Assembly (NCBI GenBank): GCA_964201945.1
Contig: CAXNIC010000002.1
Coordinates: 1-47,491 of the forward strand
Reading direction: 5' to 3'
DNA length: 47,491 nucleotides
Source of the DNA: Alphaproteobacteria bacterium
GTDB lineage: Bacteria; Pseudomonadota; Alphaproteobacteria; SHVZ01
The notes below the pieces were generated by a model. That model worked only from the letters and a program-made list of their open reading frames with translations. It was not told the DNA's origin and searched no databases. The position numbers were made by a program, and so were the translations under genes. Shown one piece after another: positions 36,015-44,724 of this stretch; within the stretch, counting starts at the first letter, position 1; the number at the start of each line of letters is the position of its first letter.

Positions 36015-36830
36015 ATGTCCGATCTGATCGCCAATGCCCGCATGTACTCGGTCGCGCCGGAAGCGGCGGCGGCGTGGAAGCGGCTGTTCGCCTGGCTCAA
36101 GGAGCGGTCGGGCGTCGAGATGACGGTGATCGACCACGCCTTCCCGGCGTCGCTGGACGAGTTGTGGTCGCGGACGGATCTCGCCTGCACCTTCATGTGC
36201 GGCTGGCCGTTTATGCGCTATGGCGCCATCCACCAGGTGGTGGCGGCGCCGATCCCGAGCGCCCCTTATGCCAAAGGCCGTCCGGTCTATTGCTCGCATT
36301 TCGTCGTCCGCGACGACGCGCCGTTCAAGACGCTGGAGGACACCTTCGGCCATCGCTTCGCCTATACGATCCCGGACTCCCATTCCGGCTACAACGCGCC
36401 GCGCCATCATCTGCTCTCCTTTCGGAAGGGCGGAACCAAGGCTCTCTACCGGGAGATCGTCGGCCCCTTGCGGACGCCGCGGCTGATGGTCGAGGCGATC
36501 GTCGAGGGCAAGACCGATGTCGGTCCGCTCGACTCCTTCGCCTATGCACTGCTTCGCCGCCACTGGCCGGAGGTCGCCGGCCGTACCCGGGTGATCGCGT
36601 CCACCGAGGTGGTACCTATCCCGGCCTTCATGGCGTCCGCCGGCACATCGCCGGAAATCGTCGACCGCCTCGCCGAGACGCTATGCACCTTCGGCGACGA
36701 TCCGTCACACGCAGCGTTGCGCGAAGATCTTTGCATCCTCGGATTTGCCCGTGTCGCCGAGAGCGAGTACCGGATCACCGAAGACTGGGCCCAGGCCGCG
36801 GAGACGCGAGGCCTCGCCGAGATCGCCTGA
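36015..36830 (+). CDS. PhnD/phosphonate-binding-like periplasmic-binding-fold protein lacking a signal peptide
   Basis: ORF 35946..36830 trimmed to ATG 36015, behind AAGGAAG. N-terminus MSDLIANARMYSVAPEAAAAWKRLF is typical of PhnD-like family members and has no hydrophobic leader. The assignment is from overall sequence pattern only. Confidence 0.6.
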   Translation: MSDLIANARMYSVAPEAAAAWKRLFAWLKERSGVEMTVIDHAFPASLDELWSRTDLACTFMCGWPFMRYGAIHQVVAAPIPSAPYAKGRPVYCSHFVVRDDAPFKTLEDTFGHRFAYTIPDSHSGYNAPRHHLLSFRKGGTKALYREIVGPLRTPRLMVEAIVEGKTDVGPLDSFAYALLRRHWPEVAGRTRVIASTEVVPIPAFMASAGTSPEIVDRLAETLCTFGDDPSHAALREDLCILGFARVAESEYRITEDWAQAAETRGLAEIA

Positions 36831-36831
36831 G

Positions 36832-37425
36832 ATGCGGGCGCTGCTGCAGGCGATCGAGACGCTCTATCATCCTGCCGCCGATGGCCCGCTTGCGGTCGCC
36901 GCGAAGAGGATCGCAGGCGCCAGTCCCCAGCCGGGCAAGGGGACGCGGAAGCCGGTCGCGCAGTTCGTGCCTCGGGCCGTCGAACTGGCGCGCAAGGGGC
37001 CATTGGCCGCGATCGCCGAAGCCTTCGCCGCGATCGAGCCCGAGGCCGACTGGCTGCAGAACCCGAACTATTCGGTGGCGAGCCTGGGGCTGGGCTATGT
37101 CGACCGCTATGGCTATGTCGAGCTGGTCGGTCCCGGCCGGCCGGTCGAGAGCGCGGATCTTCTGGTCGGGCTGCTGCTGCTCGGGCCTGGCATGGACTAT
37201 CCCGACCACGCCCATCCGGCCGAGGAGGTCTATCACGTGATCGCCGGCCAGGCCGACTGGTGGCGCGAGGACGAGGGCTGGCGGCAGAAGGCGCCGGGTG
37301 CGGTCATCCATCATGCGCCGATGGTGCGTCACGCGATGCGGACGGCCGAGGAGCCGCTGCTGGCGCTCTATTGCTGGACCGGCCGCGTGCAGGTCTACGC
37401 GACGATGACGGAGGCGAAGGGATGA
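36832..37425 (+). CDS. Cupin protein with DMSP-lyase-type (DddQ/DddK/DddL-like) metal/Tyr motif
   Basis: ATG 36832 is 1 nt after the upstream stop. Cupin motif 1 is GMDYPDHAHPAEEVYHVIAG, which contains H-x-H-x3-E-x-Y. Motif 2 is PGAVIHHAPMVRHAM. Confidence 0.65.
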   Translation: MRALLQAIETLYHPAADGPLAVAAKRIAGASPQPGKGTRKPVAQFVPRAVELARKGPLAAIAEAFAAIEPEADWLQNPNYSVASLGLGYVDRYGYVELVGPGRPVESADLLVGLLLLGPGMDYPDHAHPAEEVYHVIAGQADWWREDEGWRQKAPGAVIHHAPMVRHAMRTAEEPLLALYCWTGRVQVYATMTEAKG

Positions 37426-37823
37426 GCGAAGCCAAGGGGCAATGTCTTTGCGGCGCGGTCCGCTTCCGGTTGGCTGGCGAGAAGCGGCCTGTGGTGGTCT
37501 GCCATTGCGGCCAGTGCCGGCGCTGGCATGGCCATGTCGGCGCCTATACGAGGGTGCCGCTCTCGGCGCTGACGGTGGAAGACGAGCGCAGCCTCGCCTG
37601 GTACCGAAGCTCGGAGTGGGCGCGGCGCGGCTTCTGCCGCGAGTGCGGGTCGAGCCTGTTCTGGGAAAGGATCGGCAACGACCACGTGTCGGTCGCCGCC
37701 GGCACGCTGGCGGCGCCGACCGGTCTCGAGACGGTGCTGCAGATCTTCGCCGAGGATGCCGGCGACTACTACGAGATCGACGACCGCATTCCCACTCGGC
37801 CGCCAGTCTCCGCGGCCGGCTGA
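37422..37823 (+). CDS. GFA (glutathione-dependent formaldehyde-activating enzyme / CENP-V) family protein
   Basis: ATG 37422 overlaps the upstream stop (ATGA). Zn-Cys pattern: CLCGAVRF, CHCGQCRRWHG, CRECGSSLF. Confidence 0.8.
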   Translation: MSEAKGQCLCGAVRFRLAGEKRPVVVCHCGQCRRWHGHVGAYTRVPLSALTVEDERSLAWYRSSEWARRGFCRECGSSLFWERIGNDHVSVAAGTLAAPTGLETVLQIFAEDAGDYYEIDDRIPTRPPVSAAG

Positions 37824-39838
37824 GCCGGGGTGCCGTCGAGGTCCAGATGGCAGGCGATCCTGTGCTCGCCGAAGCGCCGGACCGGCGGCGGCGTTGTCTC
37901 GCAGAGCCCGGCGATACGCTCCGGGCAGCGGCTGGCGAAGGGGCAGCCGACGATGACGTCGGTCGGGCTCGGCATGCTGCCTTCAAGCACCCGGTCCGGC
38001 GGCTCGGCGTCGGGATCCGGCGTCGGCGCAGCGGCAAGGAGGGCCGCCGTGTAGGGGTGATAGGGCGGGGCGAAGACCTGCTCGACCGGACCGTACTCGA
38101 CGATGCGGCCGAGATACATCACCGCGACCCGGTCGGCCATGTGGCGGACCAGCGCCAGGTCGTGGGAGATCAGCACGAGTCCGAGCTGCGAGCTTTCCAG
38201 GAGCTCGGCCAGCAGGTTCAGGATCGCCGCCTGCACCGACACGTCGAGGGCGGAGACCGGCTCGTCGGCGACCATCAGACCGGGATTGCCGGCCAGCGCC
38301 CGGGCGATGGCGACGCGCTGGCGCTGGCCCCCCGAGAGCTGGTGCGGCATGCGCTCGGCCATGTCTGCCGGCAGGCGGACCTGGGCGAGCAGCTTCGAGA
38401 CTTCGGCCTTGGCGTCGCGGTTCGCGAGGTTGCGCAGGAGCCGGAGGGGGCGGGTCAGCGCATAGGCGATCGAATGGCTCGGATTCAACGTCGAGTCCGG
38501 GTTCTGGAACACCATCTGGACCTGACGGCGGAGATCGGGCGGGCGGATGTCGACCGGGATCGTGGCGACGTCGGTGCCGCCGATCAGGGCCTCGCCCGAA
38601 GTCGCGGTCAGCAGGCCGGAGATGATCTTTGCCAGGGTGGACTTGCCGCAGCCGGACTCGCCGACGATCGCGAGCGTCTCACCGGCGCGGGCGTCGAGAT
38701 CGACGTCGGTGAGAGCGCGGACCACCTTGCCGGTGCCGCCGAACATGCCGCCGAGCTTGTACTCTTTCGTCAGGTTGCGGACGCTGAGCAGGATCGGCGC
38801 GTCGCCGGCGACAGGCTCGTCGTTGCCGAGGGTCGGGGCGTCAGCGGCTGAGGCGCGGATGGCGTCGAGGCGCACGCAACGCGCAAGATGGGCGTCCGAG
38901 CCGTTGGCGGGAACCATGGGCACCGGCCGTTCCTCGCATTCGTGCCTGACCGCGTAGACGCAGCGCGGCGCGAAAGCACAGCCCATGCGGGCCCGGTCGG
39001 CGGCGGCTATGGTTCCTTCGATCGGCCTGAGGCGCCCACGCCGGCGACCGCCGTGAAGGCGGGGGAGAGCGCCGAGCAGTCCGCGCGTATAGGGATGCGC
39101 CGGCGCATGGAACACGGACGCGATGTTGCCGGTCTCGACCAGCCGGCCGGCATAGAGCACGCCGATGCGGTCGCAGATCCGCGCCACCGTGCCGAGATTG
39201 TGGCTGATGAACAGGATCGCGGTGCCGAACTTGGCGCGGAGCTCGCGCACGAGCTCGAGGATCGCCGCCTCGATGGTGACGTCGAGGCCGGTCGTCGGCT
39301 CGTCCATGATCAGGAGCGCCGGTTCGGCCATCAGCGCCATGGCGATGACGACGCGTTGCTGCTGACCGCCCGAGAGCTGATGGGGATAGCGCTCCATCAT
39401 CGCCGCGGCGTCAGGAAGGCGGACCTCCTCCAGCATGGCGACGGCGCGGCGGAAGGCCGCCGCCTCGTCGGTCTCGCCGTGGAGGAGCGGCACCTCCATC
39501 AGCTGCCGGCCGATCGGCATCACCGGGTTCAGGCTCGACATCGGGTCCTGGTAGACCATGGCGATGCGGTTGCCGCGGATCCGGGACAGCTCGTGGTCGG
39601 TGAGGCCGGCGGTGTCGCGGCCTTCCACCAGGATCCGCCCTTCGACGATGCTCATGCCGCGCGGCAAATAGCGCATCGCCGCCAGCGCTACCGTCGACTT
39701 GCCGCAGCCGGACTCGCCGACCAGGCCGAGCGCCTCGCCTTCGGCGATGGTGAAGCTGACGTCCCTCAGGATGTTCTGGCGGCCAGACCGGTGGTCGTAG
39801 GCGATGGAGACGTTCTCGAAGGCGAGGACGTCAGCCAT
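37769..39838 (-). CDS. Fused double ATP-binding protein of a Dpp/Opp-type ABC importer
   Basis: Two complete ATPase cassettes. First: GESGCGKST...[15 protein letters not shown]...[11 protein letters not shown]. Second: [12 protein letters not shown]...[15 protein letters not shown]...[11 protein letters not shown]. Both have HPYT C-domains. Confidence 0.9.
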   Translation of the reverse strand: MADVLAFENVSIAYDHRSGRQNILRDVSFTIAEGEALGLVGESGCGKSTVALAAMRYLPRGMSIVEGRILVEGRDTAGLTDHELSRIRGNRIAMVYQDPMSSLNPVMPIGRQLMEVPLLHGETDEAAAFRRAVAMLEEVRLPDAAAMMERYPHQLSGGQQQRVVIAMALMAEPALLIMDEPTTGLDVTIEAAILELVRELRAKFGTAILFISHNLGTVARICDRIGVLYAGRLVETGNIASVFHAPAHPYTRGLLGALPRLHGGRRRGRLRPIEGTIAAADRARMGCAFAPRCVYAVRHECEERPVPMVPANGSDAHLARCVRLDAIRASAADAPTLGNDEPVAGDAPILLSVRNLTKEYKLGGMFGGTGKVVRALTDVDLDARAGETLAIVGESGCGKSTLAKIISGLLTATSGEALIGGTDVATIPVDIRPPDLRRQVQMVFQNPDSTLNPSHSIAYALTRPLRLLRNLANRDAKAEVSKLLAQVRLPADMAERMPHQLSGGQRQRVAIARALAGNPGLMVADEPVSALDVSVQAAILNLLAELLESSQLGLVLISHDLALVRHMADRVAVMYLGRIVEYGPVEQVFAPPYHPYTAALLAAAPTPDPDAEPPDRVLEGSMPSPTDVIVGCPFASRCPERIAGLCETTPPPVRRFGEHRIACHLDLDGTPAQPAAETGGRVGMRSSIS

Positions 39839-40736
39839 CGAGGGAGGCTTCGCGGAGGCCGGTGGCCAGGAAGTTGGCGCCGATGACCAGGGATGAGATC
39901 GCCAGCGCCGGGATGATCGTCATGTGCGGCCAGACGAAGATCATGCCGTAGGCTTCCTTGACCATGCCGCCCCAGTCCGGATCCGGCGGCGGCAGGCCGA
40001 CGCCGAGGAATCCCAGCACGCCGATCGCGATCGTCGTGTAGCCGAGGCGAAGGAAGAAGTCGACGATCAGCGGTCCCCTGGCATTGGGCAGGATCTCGAC
40101 GAACATGATGAACAGCGCGCTTTCGCCTCGCATGCGGGCGGCGGCGACATAGTCGCGGTTCTTCACGTCGAGGGTCACGCCGCGGACGATGCGGGCGATG
40201 ATCGGGGCCGAGGAGAGCGTGATCACCGCGATGATGTTGAAGGCCGAGGCGCCGAACTTCGCGATGATGATGAGGTAGAGGATGATCTTGGGGAATGCCA
40301 GGAGGGTATCGCCGATCCGCATGATCACCGTATCGATGAAGCCGCCGCGATAGCCCGAAACCAGGCCGAGGAAGACGCCGAGGGCCACGGCGCCGAGCAC
40401 GGCGATCGGCGCCACGGTCAGCACCGTGCGGGCGCCCCAGATCAGGCGTGAAAGGATGTCGCGCCCGAGATGGTCCACGCCGAGCCAATGAGCAGCCGAC
40501 GGATAGGGATCGGCGACCAGCGCGACGTCGATCCGGTTCGGCGGGTAGGGGGAGACCCACGGCGCCAGCAGCGCCAGCAGGCTCCAGGCGAGCAGGATCG
40601 AGGCGCCCACCGTCGCCAAAGGCGACCGGGTGAGGATGTTGAGGACCTGACGCAGCAGGCCGACATGGGCGTCGCCGGCCAGCCCGAGGCCCGGTGCTGC
40701 GCGCGGCCTGCCGATGTCGTGGATGATCTCGGTCAT
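39831..40736 (-). CDS. ABC transporter permease (DppC/OppC-like)
   Basis: Motif HWLGVDHLGRDILSRLIWGARTVL. Multi-TM. 8-nt overlap with the downstream ATPase gene. Confidence 0.85.
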   Translation of the reverse strand: MTEIIHDIGRPRAAPGLGLAGDAHVGLLRQVLNILTRSPLATVGASILLAWSLLALLAPWVSPYPPNRIDVALVADPYPSAAHWLGVDHLGRDILSRLIWGARTVLTVAPIAVLGAVALGVFLGLVSGYRGGFIDTVIMRIGDTLLAFPKIILYLIIIAKFGASAFNIIAVITLSSAPIIARIVRGVTLDVKNRDYVAAARMRGESALFIMFVEILPNARGPLIVDFFLRLGYTTIAIGVLGFLGVGLPPPDPDWGGMVKEAYGMIFVWPHMTIIPALAISSLVIGANFLATGLREASLDG

Positions 40737-41671
40737 ACCCGGATCCGCGGATCGAGCGCCATGTAGCCGAGATCGCCGAAGAGCTGCGTCAGCATGGTGA
40801 CGCTGACGGCGATCAGCGTGCCGGCCTCGATCACGGCGATGTCCTTGGCCAGCGCCGCCTCCAGCATCATCCGGCCGAAGCCAGGATAGGCGAAGAGGGT
40901 TTCGACCACGACGAGGCCGGAGACCAGGTAGTTGAGCTGCAGCAAGATCACCGTGAACGGCGTGATCAGGGCGTTGCGCAGCGCGTGGCGCGAGACCACG
41001 CGGTTGAACGACATGCCCTTCAGCAGCGCGGTCCGGATGTAGGGTTGGCGCATCACCTCGACCATCGAGGAGCGCACCATCGCGATCAGATAGCCGGCAT
41101 CATAGAAGGTCACCACCAGCACCGGCAGGACGAACTGCATCCAGATCGCCCAGCCGCTGTCGGATCGCAGCGGCGAGGTGCCGGGAAGCCAGCCCAGCCA
41201 CACCACGAAGATGCCGAGCAGGAACACCCCCATGGCGAATTCGGGGATGGACGCGCACATCGACGAGAACACCGAGATGGTGCGGTCGAACCAGCCGCGC
41301 TCGCGCATGCCGGCGAGCACGCCGAGGACCACGGAGAGCGGCACGATCACCGCGAAGGAGATGGCGGCGAGCAGGAGGGTGTTGCCGAGGCGGTCGAACA
41401 TCAGGTCGGCGACCGGCATGCGGAAGACGATCGAGTCGCCGAAGTCGCCGGTGAGCGCCTTGCCCATGTATTCGAAGTAGCGGACGATGGCGGGGCGATC
41501 GAGCCCCATCTGTACGGTCAGGTGGTCGACCTGGCTCTCGCTCGCATAAGGCCCGAGGATCTTGCGGGCGACGTCGCCCGGCGACAGCTCGTTCAGCGCG
41601 AAGACGAGGAACGACACCGCGAACAGCGTCAGCGCCATGTTCAACAGCTGCTTCGCGGAATAACGCAGCAT
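40733..41671 (-). CDS. ABC transporter permease (DppB/OppB-like)
   Basis: Multi-TM. EAA-type loop QPYIRTALLKGMSFNRVVSRHALRNALIT, C-terminal LDPRIRV, ATGA overlap with the next gene. Confidence 0.85.
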   Translation of the reverse strand: MLRYSAKQLLNMALTLFAVSFLVFALNELSPGDVARKILGPYASESQVDHLTVQMGLDRPAIVRYFEYMGKALTGDFGDSIVFRMPVADLMFDRLGNTLLLAAISFAVIVPLSVVLGVLAGMRERGWFDRTISVFSSMCASIPEFAMGVFLLGIFVVWLGWLPGTSPLRSDSGWAIWMQFVLPVLVVTFYDAGYLIAMVRSSMVEVMRQPYIRTALLKGMSFNRVVSRHALRNALITPFTVILLQLNYLVSGLVVVETLFAYPGFGRMMLEAALAKDIAVIEAGTLIAVSVTMLTQLFGDLGYMALDPRIRV

Positions 41672-41763
41672 CGCCGCTCCAGGCGGTTGATGTTATCGGG
41701 AAAATGACGGCCGCTCCGCGGGCGCGATGGGCGCCCGCGGAGCGGAACCGTTCAGGCCTTGAA

Positions 41764-43428
41764 TCAGGCGTCGATCCACATGTCCTTGGCGTCGATGTAG
41801 ATGCTCGGGTGGATCTTGTATCCCTTGATCTTCTTGTCCGAGTAGTTGAACACCGCGCGCCAGACCGGGACCACCGCCGGGCCGTCGTCGAGCATGATGC
41901 GCTCGAGCTTGGCCATCACCGCGCGGCGCTTCTCGACGTCGAGATAGCCTTCGGCCTCGGTCAGCAGCTTGTCGAACTCGGCATTCGACCAGTTCGCCTC
42001 GTTCCAGGCGGCGCCGGTGCGATAGGCGAGGCCGAGGATCATGGTGCCGAGCGGGCGATGGGCCCAGGTGGTGAAGCCGAACGGCACCTTGGTCCAGTTC
42101 GCCCAATACTGTGCCGACGGCATCACGTTGATCTTGCAGCGGATGCCCGCTTCCTTCCACTGCTCGACCATGATCTGGACCGCGAGCAGCTCCCAGTCCG
42201 GCTGGGGGCGGGCGTCGATGGTGACGTCGATGCCGTTCGGATATCCCGCCTCGGCCAGAAGCGCCTTCGCCTTGGCAATGTCTTGCTTGAGATAGCCGAT
42301 GTCGGCGTATTCCGGATGCACCGGCGCGACATGGTGGTGCTCGCCGGGCTTGCCGAGGCCGCGCAGCGCCCCCTTGAGCACGGCGTCGTTGTCGGTGGCG
42401 TAGCGCAGCGCCTGTCGCACCCGCTTGTCGTCGAAGGGCTTGATCGGGTGGGTGCGGGCGACCGCGGTATAGCCTGTCGCAACCGAGTTGACCTGCACAT
42501 GCGGCAGCTTCTCGACCGTCGGCAGCGTCGAGATCGCGCCCTGGTAGATCATGTCGACCTGCTTGGAGGCCAGCGCCGAGACCTGGGCTGCGGCGTCGTC
42601 GCCGAGGTCGATGATCTCGTAGCGGTCGATGTACGGACCGCCGCCCCAATAGGCCTTCTTGTTCGCGGCGAAGACCGAGCGCTTGCCGACCTCATGCTCG
42701 ACCAGCTCGAAGGCGCCGGTGCCGTCGCTGCCGACGCCGAACTTGCCGCCGTCCTCCGGCGAGCAGATCAGCAGCGGGTAGTGGAACAGCGATTCCGGGA
42801 TCGAGAGATTGGCGGAGTTGCCGTTCAGCTTGATGGTGAAGTCGTCGACCTTCTGGATCGCATTCGCATCCCAGAGCTTGACCGACTTCCTGGGCGCGCC
42901 CTTGGCGTCCTTCTCGCCGCCGTCGTACTCGGTCAGGATGAAGCCCTTGAGTAGGCCGACGACAGACGATCCGGTCTTGTCGTCGAGGACGCGCTTCAGG
43001 TTCCAGACCGCATCGTCGGCGGTGAACTTGCGGCCCTTGCGCCAGGTCACGTCCTTGCGCAGATGCAGGGTCCAGGTCTTGAGATCGGGGCTTGCCTCCC
43101 ACTTCTCGACCAGCGAGGGCCGCGTGACGTTGTCGATGCCGGTGACGGTCAGGTAGTCGAGAACCTGGCGAGCGGAATTGGCCGACTCGATCCAGGAATA
43201 GGTATGCGGGCTGGAGATGTCCTGCACGCGCATGCCGATGCGGACGATGCCGCCCTTCTTCGGCGCGCCCTGGGCCAGGGCCGGAGCGGCGAGGCCCACC
43301 ATGCTGTAGGCGGCCGGCGCGGCGACGCCGAGCAGGACGGCCAAGCGTAGAAACTCGCGGCGCTCGAGCTTGCCGTCGGCGAACTCTCGGCCGGCCTTCT
43401 CGATGATCGGATGCAGCTTCTCGGTCAT
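41764..43428 (-). CDS. ABC transporter substrate-binding protein, family 5, with twin-arginine signal
   Basis: ORF 41764..43497 trimmed to ATG 43428, behind GGGAGGTGA. Tat motif ERREFLRLAVLLGVAAPA...ALA|QG. SBP_bac_5 core (SLVEKWEASPDLKTWTLHLRKDVTWRKGRKFTADD; GTGAFEL). Confidence 0.85.
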   Translation of the reverse strand: MTEKLHPIIEKAGREFADGKLERREFLRLAVLLGVAAPAAYSMVGLAAPALAQGAPKKGGIVRIGMRVQDISSPHTYSWIESANSARQVLDYLTVTGIDNVTRPSLVEKWEASPDLKTWTLHLRKDVTWRKGRKFTADDAVWNLKRVLDDKTGSSVVGLLKGFILTEYDGGEKDAKGAPRKSVKLWDANAIQKVDDFTIKLNGNSANLSIPESLFHYPLLICSPEDGGKFGVGSDGTGAFELVEHEVGKRSVFAANKKAYWGGGPYIDRYEIIDLGDDAAAQVSALASKQVDMIYQGAISTLPTVEKLPHVQVNSVATGYTAVARTHPIKPFDDKRVRQALRYATDNDAVLKGALRGLGKPGEHHHVAPVHPEYADIGYLKQDIAKAKALLAEAGYPNGIDVTIDARPQPDWELLAVQIMVEQWKEAGIRCKINVMPSAQYWANWTKVPFGFTTWAHRPLGTMILGLAYRTGAAWNEANWSNAEFDKLLTEAEGYLDVEKRRAVMAKLERIMLDDGPAVVPVWRAVFNYSDKKIKGYKIHPSIYIDAKDMWIDA

Positions 43429-43539
43429 GCTCACCTCCCTGGTGAAATTGCGCGGTCCGGCCTTTCGCGGCGGTTTCGGCGCAAGGGTGATCGACATCGG
43501 ACACGTCGTGGGTCGAGGCTAGTCCAGCGCGCCCGACAG

Positions 43540-43553
43540 GCGCAAGCTTGCGC
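43540..43553. promoter_or_regulatory. Perfect 14-bp palindrome in the divergent control region
   Basis: GCGCAAGCTTGCGC read directly. It lies between the SBP start (43428, -) and the oxygenase start (43680, +). No cognate regulator gene is present in the island. Confidence 0.35.
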
Positions 43554-43679
43554 ATACCCTGGAGTAGCCGGCCAGCGACATCCGGTGTCGCGATTGGGCG
43601 GAGCGCCTCCCAACTTTGTCCGTGCCGGCCCTTCGATTGTCGCGCAGAATGCGGCTACTCCGGCTTTCGGCGCTTGTCC

Positions 43680-44702
43680 ATGATCCCGACCATCGACATC
43701 TTGTCCCTTCTCGGCCCTCCCACGCGTCTTCGCGAGGACACCGACCGGCGCGTCATGGAGGCGGCCAGCCGGATCGGGTTTCTGACGATCTCGGGCCTGC
43801 CGGTCGACGTGCCGCAGGGACCGGCGGTGCGCGCCGGACTGCTTCGGGTTTTCTCGCTGGCGGACGCGGCGAAGCGGGCGCTCTGGCGGCGCAAGTTCGA
43901 TCCGGCGCGGCCGAACGTCTACCATGGCTGGTTTCCGCTCCAGAACGGCGCCATGACCTACAAGGAGGGCATCGACATGGGGCCGGATGTCGCCGATCCG
44001 GCCCATGCCTGCGATCCGACCGATCCGCTGACGGAGCCGACGCCGCTGCCGGACGAGGCCATCCTGCCGGGCTGGCGGGCGGAGGCGGGACAGTACTACC
44101 GCGGGATGGAGAGGCTCGGCCGCCTCCTGATGCGGTCGGTCGCCCGCGGCCTCGGCCTGCCCGAGTCCTTCTTCGATGCCTCCTTCGCCGGCGGCAACTC
44201 GACGCTGCGGCTGATCCGCTATCCGGTGCGGCCGCCCGAGTCCTTCGCCGGCGGGGACATGGACGCCATCCTCGTCGACCATGGCGGCGCACGCCGCCAC
44301 CTGATCGGCGGCGCCCATGTCGACTCGGGCTTCGTCACCCTGCTGGCCCAGGACGGCATCGAGGGCCTGCAGGCCCGGTCGGCCGCCGGCACCTGGCTCG
44401 ACGTTCCGCCGGTCGAAGGCACGCTTGCAGTCAATTTCGGCGGCGTACTCGAGCGCTGGACCGGCGGGCGGATCAAGGCGACCGAGCACCGGGTCGTCGG
44501 CCCGGGGCGCGAGCGCTTCTCGATCCCGTTCTTCTACGAGCCCCGGGTCGACGCGGTGATCGCGCCCCTGCCGATCCCGGGCGTCCAACCGTTCGAGCCT
44601 TTCCTCTACGGCGACCATCTGTGGGCGGCGATGATGCGTTTCGTCGAGTTCCGCGGGCTCGAGGCGATGCGGCCGCCGCGCGGTCTCAGGGCTACGGGTT
44701 GA
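43680..44702 (+). CDS. 2-oxoglutarate/Fe(II)-dependent oxygenase (isopenicillin-N-synthase-like family)
   Basis: ORF 43548..44702 trimmed to ATG 43680 (MIPTIDILSL...). Facial triad H-x-D (GAHVDSG) plus distal His (KATEHRV). 2OG-binding RERFSIPFF. Confidence 0.8.
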   Translation: MIPTIDILSLLGPPTRLREDTDRRVMEAASRIGFLTISGLPVDVPQGPAVRAGLLRVFSLADAAKRALWRRKFDPARPNVYHGWFPLQNGAMTYKEGIDMGPDVADPAHACDPTDPLTEPTPLPDEAILPGWRAEAGQYYRGMERLGRLLMRSVARGLGLPESFFDASFAGGNSTLRLIRYPVRPPESFAGGDMDAILVDHGGARRHLIGGAHVDSGFVTLLAQDGIEGLQARSAAGTWLDVPPVEGTLAVNFGGVLERWTGGRIKATEHRVVGPGRERFSIPFFYEPRVDAVIAPLPIPGVQPFEPFLYGDHLWAAMMRFVEFRGLEAMRPPRGLRATG

Positions 44703-44724
44703 TCGATCGAACCGGGGGGAGTGG

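Noticed and set aside
43555-43665. Possible glycine riboswitch upstream of the GcvT-domain genes (CTGGAG-like element).
   Set aside because: The other conserved glycine-riboswitch blocks I recall (for example ACCGAAGGGGCAA and CTCAGGCAA) are absent. I keep it only as an unclassified structured-leader candidate.
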